In this document: positions 21,912 through 30,107 of the stretch, one piece after another
How positions within the stretch are numbered: the first letter of the stretch is position 1
Layout of the letters: each line of letters starts with the position of its first letter
NCBI GenBank assembly: GCA_963724765.1
Contig: CAVRVY010000001.1
Coordinates: forward strand, 288,001-352,000
Direction: 5' to 3'
DNA: 64,000 nucleotides
Source of the DNA: an uncultured delta proteobacterium
GTDB lineage: Bacteria > Desulfobacterota > Binatia > Binatales > Binataceae
The notes under the pieces: generated by a model
The model's input: only the letters and a program-made list of their open reading frames with translations
Databases searched by the model: none
Told to the model about the DNA's origin: nothing
Translations under genes and position numbers: made by a program

Positions 21912-22586
21912 GTGTACAACGAACCGATCGCCGACCCCGCGCTCATCGCCTGTCTGCATTGCGACCTGCTGCAGCGGCTGCCGGAGCTGGCGCCGGGCGC
22001 GTCGGCGCGCTGTCCGCGCTGCGACAAGGAGCTGTGGCGGCGACGCGAGGACTCGCTCAATCGGACGCTCGCGCTTGCGCTGGGAGCGGCGCTGCTCTAC
22101 GCGGTCGCAAACTCAGTACCGATGCTGGGTCTCACGATCGTCGGGCGCGCGGCTTCGACCACCGTCATCGGAGGCGCCGAGCATCTCTGGAGCAATGGAC
22201 AGCAGCTGGTGGCGGCGCTAGTGCTGCTGACAGCGGTCATCGCGCCGGCCCTGCAGATTGGCTTCATGTTGGCAATCGTGCTGGGCGCCCATCGCCAACG
22301 CCCGCCGCGATGGGTAGGCACGCTGCTGCGCCATCACCCGGCCACCCGGACCTGGAGCATGATCGAGGTCATGATGCTGGGCGTGCTGGTCGCCCTGGTC
22401 AAGATTGCGGATTACGCGACGGTGATTCCGGGAATCGCTCTGTTCGTGCTCTGGGTGCTGGTTTTCCTGCTCGCCGGGATGCAGGCGAGTTTCGATTCCC
22501 GTGAGGTGTGGGAAAGGATCCAGTGGGCGGAGGACGGGGCGCGCCGCCGCGCCGTGGGCGGGCGAAGGGCCGAGGCGACGTCATGA
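21912..22586 (+). CDS. pqiA: Paraquat-inducible protein A
   Basis: CLHCDLLQ..CPRC, WSMIEVMMLGVLVALVKI. Confidence 0.92.
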   Translation: MYNEPIADPALIACLHCDLLQRLPELAPGASARCPRCDKELWRRREDSLNRTLALALGAALLYAVANSVPMLGLTIVGRAASTTVIGGAEHLWSNGQQLVAALVLLTAVIAPALQIGFMLAIVLGAHRQRPPRWVGTLLRHHPATRTWSMIEVMMLGVLVALVKIADYATVIPGIALFVLWVLVFLLAGMQASFDSREVWERIQWAEDGARRRAVGGRRAEATS

Positions 22587-23224
22587 GTCCGGCCGCTCCG
22601 ACCGCCATGCAACAAGGCCTACAGAGCTGCGAGACTTGCGGCCTGCTGTCACGCCCCGCGCCCGGCGAGCAGGAGGGGCGCTGCCCGCGTTGCGACGAGG
22701 ATCTCAGCTTTCGCAAAACGGCCAGCTTTCAGCGCACGTGGGCCTTCCTGATCGCCGCCGCGGTCTGTTACATCCCGGCCAACGTCCTGCCGGTGTTGAC
22801 CACGACCACGGCCGCCGGCGCCGAGTCCGACACTATCATGCAGGGCGTGGTGTTGCTGTGGTCGCCGACGGGATGGCCGCTGTCGCTGATCGTGCTCATT
22901 GCGAGCATCATGATCCCGAGCGCGAAGATTCTGGCGCTGGCATACCTGCTGATCACCTCACAGCGCGGGTCGATCAAGAACAACGAGCAGCGGGTTCGCC
23001 TCTACCGGATGGTCGAGTTCATCGGGCGCTGGTCGATGGTTGACGTGTTTGTCGACACCTTTACCGCCGCGCTGATCCAACTCCAGCCGCTGATGTCGGT
23101 CGAGCCGGGGCCCGGCCTTTTCTTCTTCGCCGCGGTGGTGGTGCTGACGATGCTCGCGGTCGAGTCCTTCGATCCGCGGCTGATCTGGGATGCAACAAGT
23201 TCCAAAGAGGTTCTATATGCCTGA
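22583..23224 (+). CDS. pqiA: Paraquat-inducible protein A (second copy/half)
   Basis: CETC..CPRC, YIPANVLP, GRWSMVDVFV, FDPRLIWD; ATGA overlap. Confidence 0.92.
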   Translation: MSPAAPTAMQQGLQSCETCGLLSRPAPGEQEGRCPRCDEDLSFRKTASFQRTWAFLIAAAVCYIPANVLPVLTTTTAAGAESDTIMQGVVLLWSPTGWPLSLIVLIASIMIPSAKILALAYLLITSQRGSIKNNEQRVRLYRMVEFIGRWSMVDVFVDTFTAALIQLQPLMSVEPGPGLFFFAAVVVLTMLAVESFDPRLIWDATSSKEVLYA

Positions 23225-24806
23225 TCGCGATCCACCGATTCCTTCAGTTCCTGACTCGAAGGCCGTGCCCAGGAAGAGCACCCGGCTCTCCCTGGTCTGG
23301 TTCATCCCCATTCTTGCGGCGGCGCTTGGGATATGGGTGGGCGTGACCCGGATTCGCAGCGAAGGCCCGAAGATCACGATCGTGTTTCAGTCGGCCGAGG
23401 GGCTCGAGGCCGGCAAAACCAAGATCAACTACAGGGGCGTCGATATTGGCGTTCTGAGCACGATCCGGCTGTCGGAGGATCATCAGCGCGTGATAGCCAC
23501 CGCGCAGATGACGCCGCGGACCGAGGATTTTTTGCTCGAAGACACGAAGTTCTGGGTGGTGCGGCCGCGAATCTCGGGCGCCAACGTGACGGGGCTGGGC
23601 ACGCTCATCTCCGGGGCTTTCATCGGAATTGAAATCGGCAGTTCGAAGGAGCCGAAACGCGACTTCGTGGCGCTCGAGACGCCGCCGGTAATAACCGGCA
23701 ACGCGCCCGGACGGTTCTTCGTGTTGAAGACCTCCGACCTGGGTTCGCTGGACACCGGCACGCCGCTGTTTTTCCGGCGGCTGCAGGTCGGCCAGGTTGC
23801 GTCATACGTCCTGGACAAGGACGGCAAGTTCTTCACGCTGAAAGTTTTCGTGCGATCGCCCTACGACCAGTACGTAACCGCGAACACTCGTTTCTGGCAG
23901 GCGAGCGGAATCGACGTGTCGCTTTCCGCCAACGGCCTTAGCGTGCAGACCCAGTCACTGTTGTCGATCCTTATCGGCGGCATCGCGTTCGAAACGCCTG
24001 CCACCGGTGCGGTCCTGCCTGTAGCCGAAGCGAACACTCTATTCCCCCTGTTCGGTGATAGGGCGCAGGCCTTCAGGCCAGCCGCGCGTAGCCCTCAGAC
24101 TTATAGGCTCATCTTCAAGGACTCGGTCCGCGGGCTCGCGCCCGGCGCGCCGGTCGAGTTCCGCGGCATCCCAATCGGCGAGGTCGCGGACATTCGGGCG
24201 CAAATCGACCTGAAGACTTTCCAGTTCTCGGTGCCGGTGACTATCCGCCTCGATCCGCAGAGGCTTGGGGTCAAGGTCATCGAGGGCGCTTCCGGCGCGG
24301 ATCTCGAGCGGATGCGCAGGCGGCTTATCGATGCCCTGGTGGCCCACGGGGCCCGTGCGCAATTGCGAACCGGGAACTTGCTGACCGGCTCCGCGTTCAT
24401 AGCGATCGACTTTTTTCCGGGTGCGCCGCCGACGACGGTGGACTGGTCGCAGTCGCCGCCGGAGGTGCCGACCATTCCCGGGCAGCTTCAGGTGATGGAG
24501 ACCAAGGTCACGGACATCATCAACAAGCTCGATAAGATGCCGCTCCAGGAGATCGGCGACGATCTGCATACGGTCCTGGGCAACCTCGATCTCACGCTCA
24601 CCAGCGCGCGTGGCACGCTGGTGAGCGCACGGGGCACGCTCACCAACGCCGGCAACCTTACCGAGTCGAATTCGCCGCAGCTCCAGCAGCTCGGCAGCAC
24701 GTTGCAGGAGGTGAGCCGCGCAGCTCGCGCGTTGCGCGTGCTCGCAGACTATCTCGAGCGTCATCCCGAGGCGCTCCTGCGCGGCAAACAGGGGGAGGCG
24801 AAGTGA
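23217..24806 (+). CDS. pqiB: PqiB multi-MCE-domain intermembrane transport protein
   Basis: SLVWFIPI, AEGLEAGKTKI.YRGVDIG, FWVVRPRI, SVRGLAPGAPVEFRGI, DYLERHPEALLRGK. Confidence 0.93.
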   Translation: MPDRDPPIPSVPDSKAVPRKSTRLSLVWFIPILAAALGIWVGVTRIRSEGPKITIVFQSAEGLEAGKTKINYRGVDIGVLSTIRLSEDHQRVIATAQMTPRTEDFLLEDTKFWVVRPRISGANVTGLGTLISGAFIGIEIGSSKEPKRDFVALETPPVITGNAPGRFFVLKTSDLGSLDTGTPLFFRRLQVGQVASYVLDKDGKFFTLKVFVRSPYDQYVTANTRFWQASGIDVSLSANGLSVQTQSLLSILIGGIAFETPATGAVLPVAEANTLFPLFGDRAQAFRPAARSPQTYRLIFKDSVRGLAPGAPVEFRGIPIGEVADIRAQIDLKTFQFSVPVTIRLDPQRLGVKVIEGASGADLERMRRRLIDALVAHGARAQLRTGNLLTGSAFIAIDFFPGAPPTTVDWSQSPPEVPTIPGQLQVMETKVTDIINKLDKMPLQEIGDDLHTVLGNLDLTLTSARGTLVSARGTLTNAGNLTESNSPQLQQLGSTLQEVSRAARALRVLADYLERHPEALLRGKQGEAK

Positions 24807-25402
24807 TTACACCGCGCATTGCGCATCTGATGGTCTCGCTCGCGTTGGTCGTGGCGGCAGCATCCGGATGCGGCACAACGGCGCCGGCGCGATTCTACAC
24901 GCTTGACGTTACCGCGGTCGCCGACGGCGCGGCGCCCGTGCGCGACGCGATCATGGTCGGCCCGGTCTCGGTTCCGGCCGCGGTCGATCGGTCGGAATTC
25001 GTGGTCCAGACCGCGCCCAACCGCGTCGATGTCGACGAGTTCAACCGCTGGGCCGCCCCGCTCGGCGACGCTATCGCCCAGGTCGTCGCCGGCGACCTGG
25101 TCAAGCTGCTGGGCACCCCAAACGTGGCCGCGGCGCCGCTGGCGGACTTCGACGCGGCCTATCGCGTCACTATCGACGTGCAGCGCTTCGATTCGGTTCC
25201 CGGCCAGACGGCGCTACTCGACGCGTTGTGGACCGTGCGCAGGACCACAGGCGGAGAGACGCGCTCGGGCCGTACGACTGCCTCTGAGGCCGTACAGGGG
25301 AACAGCTTCGACGCGCTGGCCGCCGCCCATAGCCGCGCGTTGGCGAGATTGAGTGGTGATATCGCCGGAGCGATCCGGGCGGAAGCCGAGGATCGGCCGT
25401 AG
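24803..25402 (+). CDS. pqiC: PqiC-family lipoprotein
   Basis: Lipobox ASGC, RFYTL, VGPVSVP..VDR, RWAAPL; follows pqiB. Confidence 0.9.
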   Translation: MITPRIAHLMVSLALVVAAASGCGTTAPARFYTLDVTAVADGAAPVRDAIMVGPVSVPAAVDRSEFVVQTAPNRVDVDEFNRWAAPLGDAIAQVVAGDLVKLLGTPNVAAAPLADFDAAYRVTIDVQRFDSVPGQTALLDALWTVRRTTGGETRSGRTTASEAVQGNSFDALAAAHSRALARLSGDIAGAIRAEAEDRP

Positions 25403-25440
25403 CCGGCGGATTACCCGGCGATCGGCCAGAGGACAGCGTT

Positions 25441-26229
25441 TTGCAAAAATTGCGGGAAGCTCTTCGCCGTCATCTAGCGCCGCGCAGGCACAGCGTCCTG
25501 CTCGTGGCGCTCGTGGCGGCATTCGCCGTGCGTCCATTGATTGGCGACATCGGGGCCGGCTCCGCCATATTCAGTATAGCCTTGGTGTTCTTGCTACTCG
25601 TGGCTCTCTACAACATCAACGTCGATGAGTTGATGGGCGAAAGAGGACGGCTGCTGGTCCAGAGCAGGAGGCGGCGGATCCTGGGATGGGCTCTCGCCAC
25701 GGTCGCCGCATCGGAACGAGTGCTCATCATCTTCGTGCCGAGCTCCGAGCTCGATTTGGCGGGTTCGATTTCTTGGCTGTTGTTTGTCTTGTTTGTCACC
25801 TTGAGCGAGTTACGTAGCGTGCTGAAGCAAAGAGAGATCACCGGCGAAACCATCTGCATGGCGGTATCGGTCTACCTCTTGCTCGGCTTCAGTTGGGCGT
25901 TCCTTTACAGCATCATCTTCCAATTGCATCCAGAATCCTTTGCGGGCATCGTGTCCGCCAAGCCCGGCCATCCAAACGAGATTCTGCACATCTTTCCGGT
26001 TCTCGGCTACTTCAGCCTGACCACGCTCTCGACCATCGGCTTCGGCGATATCACTCCGGTAAGTCTGCAAGCTCGTTATGCGGCGGTTGCGGAAGGTATT
26101 ACGGGTCAGTTCTACCTGGCGATCCTGGTCGCGCGATTAGTGGGGATGCAGATGAGCCAGGCGGTTGCCGGTCCGCATCGAGAAATTCAAACTATCAAAT
26201 CCGACGAACAATCGGTAAAAAAGGATTGA
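25441..26229 (+). CDS. Potassium channel family protein (Ion_trans_2)
   Basis: YFSLTTLSTIGFGDITP selectivity filter; EGITGQFYLAILVARLVG. Confidence 0.9.
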   Translation: MQKLREALRRHLAPRRHSVLLVALVAAFAVRPLIGDIGAGSAIFSIALVFLLLVALYNINVDELMGERGRLLVQSRRRRILGWALATVAASERVLIIFVPSSELDLAGSISWLLFVLFVTLSELRSVLKQREITGETICMAVSVYLLLGFSWAFLYSIIFQLHPESFAGIVSAKPGHPNEILHIFPVLGYFSLTTLSTIGFGDITPVSLQARYAAVAEGITGQFYLAILVARLVGMQMSQAVAGPHREIQTIKSDEQSVKKD

Positions 26230-26261
26230 CTATTTCGGGTACCCGCTCCGAGGGCTGACTA

Positions 26262-27139
26262 ATGACCTGCAAACCATTACGCAAAGCCGGGGCGCTCTTT
26301 TTGCGCTAGGGGTCATGCTATCGATCATGGGCCCGGCGGCACATCTCGCTCAGGCTCAAACACCCGAGGTCGTGGCCGAAGAAAAACTCATCAAAGATTT
26401 CACCGATCCTCTCACAACGCTGCCTCAGATTTCTCTAAAGGACGTGTTCACGCCGGCGAATTTCGGCACTCACGTTCAGACCAATCAGGTCATTCTGAGA
26501 CCGATCATTCCCCGGCTACCGCGATTCTCACTGTTCCCTCTCGTCCAGCTGATCCGTCCGACCTTTTCGCTGGTTACGGTTCCAAGCGCCAGGGGTGGCA
26601 CCCGCACCGAATTCGGCGATATGCAATTGTTCGATTTGGCAGTATTACCCTGGCCGAGCGAAAAAGCAGATTTGAAGATCGGACTAGGCCCAATGTTTGT
26701 GTTTCCGACCGCGAGTTCCGGGAGTGCCGGCCAGGGCGCATGGCAGGCCGGCCCGGCGATAGGAGCGGTTTACACAGGCATTCCATGGCTCGTGATGGGG
26801 TTCCTGTTCCAGAACCCAATTTCGTTCGCTTACACCTCGCCCAAGCGACCACCTCAGAACACACTGGAATTTCAGCCGGTTCTGGCGCTGCATTTGTGGG
26901 AAGGCTGGTACTTGCGATCCGCCGAGGCGACCTGGTCTTACGGCTGGCGTCATCATTCGCCGACCATTTTGCCGCTGAGTCTGGGAATCGGAGATGTGAT
27001 AGTTCGTCCGGGTTTGCCGCCGCTCAACTTTTATGTGACCGGGCAATGGACGGTGTATCGGCAATTTGCGCCGATCGCGCCGCAGACCGGCGTCAACTTC
27101 GGCTTGATTGTAGCGTTTCCGGAATTCAGAAAATGGTGA
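26262..27139 (+). CDS. Outer-membrane protein paralog of 21024..21896; probable frameshift near 26300
   Basis: Shared motifs (DMQLFDL, GP.FVFPT, GFLFQNPISFAYT); adding one T to the T5 run joins ATG 26262 to ORF 26315 and gives a full signal peptide. Confidence 0.7.
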
Positions 27140-27199
27140 ATCTCGCGAGGATAGTCAGCGAGCGCGTCCGGGGACGGCCGTGGTCTCATCTCGCGCAGA

Positions 27200-27974
27200 C
27201 ATGGAGAGAACAATCGTGAGCCCGATGGCAATCAGCTGGACCATCTTCGCCTGCGTCTTTGGCGGAGCTCTGTTAGGCATGCTTCTTCGCCAGATCGTGC
27301 CCGCGCATCACCTGGATACCGATTCCAAAGATGTGGTGAAACTCGGGATGGCTCTGATCGCGACGATGACCGCTCTGGTGCTCGGCCTGTTGATCGCGTC
27401 GGCGAAAAGTTCCTTCGACGTTCAGAGGGGCGAATTCACCCAGCTGTCCGCCAACATCATCGAACTCGATCGCCTCCTGGCCCGCTATGGACCGGAGACC
27501 AAAGAAGCCCGTGACGTGCTGCGCCGTACTGCCCTCTCACTGGATCGCAATTGGTCCGCGAGCACGACTCGATCGGAGAAACTGGACTCTCACGAGATGA
27601 GAGCCGGGGGCGCAAGTTTCTACGAAAAGATTCAGGGTCTCGCACCGCGCAGCGACTTCCAGCGGGCAATTCAGGGACAAGCACTGCAGATAGCGCTCGA
27701 TCTGGGACGAATGCGTTCGCTGCTGCTGGAGCAGGCTGGAAGCTCCGTCCCGGCGCCGTTTTTGGTGGTGATGGTTTTCTGGCTCGCCATCATCTTCACG
27801 AGTTTCGGCCTGTTCTCGCCCCTCAACGCAACCGTGGTTACTACTCTATTCCTCTGCGCGCTTTCGGTTTCGGGCGCGATCTTCCTGATCCTGGAACTGG
27901 ACAGTCCTTTCGCTGGGCTGATGCAGATCTCCGACGCCCCGCTCCGCAACGCCCTCGCCATTCTCAGCCACTAG
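27200..27974 (+). CDS. DUF4239-like membrane protein
   Basis: HLD.DSKDVVKLGMALIATMTALVLGLLIASAK, LDRLLARYGPET, ILELDSPF; start uncertain. Confidence 0.75.
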
Positions 27975-28005
27975 CCCGGCGGACGCCGGCCTTCGGCGAA
28001 TGCTG

Positions 28006-28029
28006 GATATTGATCCAAAGTACAATATC
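28006..28029. promoter_or_regulatory. Island motif copy 4: GATATTGATC-CAAA-GTACAATATC
   Basis: Near-perfect inverted repeat about 100 bp upstream of the DUF2092 gene. Confidence 0.75.
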
Positions 28030-28130
28030 AACCCCAACCCCGTGTGTTAGACGATCGGGCTGAGATGCGAACCCAATTGGGATCGCGGGCAGTCCAATGA
28101 GCTCTCCGAAAGCAAACCGACACGGAGCAA

Positions 28131-28949
28131 ATGGAGATGAGCCGTAAATTGTTCGTAACGCGTTGCCTGACGGCGCTGGCGACAATGATCATCGTCTCGA
28201 ACGTGGCAACCACGGCCGAGCCCGCTCCTGAAAACCAGCCGCGGGCCGCGACCAGGCAGGAGGAGCCCGGCAGCCAGGTCGATCCGCAGGCCCAGCAAAT
28301 CCTGCGTAGAGCATGCACGGCGCTGGCCGAATCCGACGCTTTCACTTTCCATGCGGAAATCAACTTCGACCGCGTGATGCCGTCACAGGTGAAGCTTCAA
28401 TTCGCGGGCGCGTCGGACTATGCGGTTCGCAGACCCAACGAACTGGCGGTTGACTACGAAAGCGATCTCGGAGCCAAGCGCCTCTGGTACAACGGCAAGA
28501 CCCTGACGATTTTCGACGCTCCCAGCATGACCTACGCGAGCACGCCGGTGCCGTCTTCGATCGACGGGATGCTGGATAGCGTTGCCGAAATGCACAACCT
28601 TACGATTCCACTGGCCGATCTGGCGCTGAGCAATCCGTGTGAACATCTGAGCAAGCGGATTCTTTTCGGCAGTTATGTCGGCATTGGTGACGTAGCAGGC
28701 GTTGCCTGCGATCACCTGGCTTTCGCGCAAAGCAACGTCGACTGGCAGATTTGGATCCAGCGTTCGGGTAAGCCCTTGCCGCGCAAAATCGTGATCAACT
28801 ACCGCACGACGCCCGGTCTGCCGCAGTACGTCGCGGTGATTTCCGACTGGAAGTTCCCAGGGACGATTTCGAGAGCCCGCTTTTCTGTCCAGATTCCAAA
28901 GAAAGCTGTGCGGATAAGGATCGTCGATGTGAAGGAGCCGCATCCATGA
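28131..28949 (+). CDS. DUF2092-family periplasmic protein
   Basis: VRRPNEL, WYNGKTLTI, IPLADL, CDHLAF.Q..VDWQIWI...PLPRKIVI. Confidence 0.85.
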   Translation: MEMSRKLFVTRCLTALATMIIVSNVATTAEPAPENQPRAATRQEEPGSQVDPQAQQILRRACTALAESDAFTFHAEINFDRVMPSQVKLQFAGASDYAVRRPNELAVDYESDLGAKRLWYNGKTLTIFDAPSMTYASTPVPSSIDGMLDSVAEMHNLTIPLADLALSNPCEHLSKRILFGSYVGIGDVAGVACDHLAFAQSNVDWQIWIQRSGKPLPRKIVINYRTTPGLPQYVAVISDWKFPGTISRARFSVQIPKKAVRIRIVDVKEPHP

Positions 28950-29998
28950 ACAGTGCAAGAGTTCATTTGACTAGCGGCCGATCGGTCGCCCGCATCGCTA
29001 TGGTGATTCTCAGCATCGCGCTCGCGAGCGCTCCCGAAGCGCTCGCATGGGGCGGCGGAAGGTTTGGCGGAGGCGGCGGAGGTGGATATCACCCTAGCGG
29101 GGGCGCCGGATATCACTCGAGCGGCGGCGGATCCTTCGGCAGTGACGGATTCCACGGCGGAAGCGTCAGCCATGCCAACAGCTATTCTCAGTCGAGCTCC
29201 CATTCCTACGGAAGTTCTCAGTCGCAGTCCGGCTATCATCCATCCGGAAGTTCTCAGTCGGCATCCGGGTATCATCCGTCCGGTAGTGCGCAGTCCGAGT
29301 ATCATCCCTCCGGCAGTTCCCAATCGGCAAGCAGTTCCTCGTACAACCCCGCGCAGCAACAGAGTCAGCGGCAGCAGTCCGCGCTTCAAGGTCAGCAGCA
29401 GAAGGAGACCTCCCAGCAGGCGCAGATGAACACGGCCAGCCAGGCGCACCAGAGCACGCTGAACACGGAGAGCTACGAACATACGAGCACGATGAACGAG
29501 GCTAACCAGGTGAACACCAACCGGATGAACACCGCGACCTCCATGCAAACCTCGCAACATAATTACAACAATAACAACTACAGCAACGGTAACTACAGCA
29601 ACGGCAACTACAACAACAGTGGCTACCATAGCAATGGCAATCCCTACGGAGGTTGTTGCTGGGGCAGTTCCAACAGCGGCAGCTCGGGAAGTAACGTTGG
29701 TGCGGCCCTGGGCGGCATGGCCGTAGGAGCGATGGTGGCGTCGCTGCCCAGGGAGGCCGCTCCGGTTTATGCTCCCGGTCCGACGCCGTACTACTATTCC
29801 AACGGCGGTTTCGTAGCGCCGGCTCAAGCGGGCGGTTACCAAGTAGTGGCCCCCCCTGCCGGCGCGATGGTGCCTTCACCGCCGTCGGGCGCACATCAGA
29901 CCACGGTAAACGGCGTCACATACTATGTGTCGGGGTCGACGTACTACGAACCTGTTTTCAGCAACGGCGAGGTCGTCTACAGAGTCGCGCAACCCTGA
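28946..29998 (+). CDS. Secreted low-complexity G/S/Q/N/Y-rich protein
   Basis: Signal peptide, YHPSGS repeats, Q-rich and N-rich tracts, C-terminal YYY-rich domain; ATGA overlap with DUF2092 gene. Confidence 0.8.
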   Translation: MNSARVHLTSGRSVARIAMVILSIALASAPEALAWGGGRFGGGGGGGYHPSGGAGYHSSGGGSFGSDGFHGGSVSHANSYSQSSSHSYGSSQSQSGYHPSGSSQSASGYHPSGSAQSEYHPSGSSQSASSSSYNPAQQQSQRQQSALQGQQQKETSQQAQMNTASQAHQSTLNTESYEHTSTMNEANQVNTNRMNTATSMQTSQHNYNNNNYSNGNYSNGNYNNSGYHSNGNPYGGCCWGSSNSGSSGSNVGAALGGMAVGAMVASLPREAAPVYAPGPTPYYYSNGGFVAPAQAGGYQVVAPPAGAMVPSPPSGAHQTTVNGVTYYVSGSTYYEPVFSNGEVVYRVAQP

Positions 29999-30030
29999 CA
30001 ATCGACCCTCTCTTGGTAGCCACAAGGGAG

Positions 30031-30048
30031 ATTCGACCAAGATCCGAT
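30031..30048. promoter_or_regulatory. Island motif copy 5: ATTCGAC-CAAG-ATCCGAT
   Basis: 60 bp upstream of the arylsulfatase ATG, abutting a TAGACA -35-like hexamer. Confidence 0.55.
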
Positions 30049-30107
30049 AGACACCTCTCGGGGCTTCGCCAAGCTGACTTCGTCAAGTTGAGGGCAGGGG
30101 TGACATC

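Noticed and set aside
21912-23224. Split pqiA as a frameshift
   Set aside because: Both halves have their own Cys motifs and an ATGA overlap; two-gene pqiA is a common arrangement.
29090-29340. DNA repeats as a non-coding array
   Set aside because: They are in-frame codons of the YHPSGS peptide repeats.
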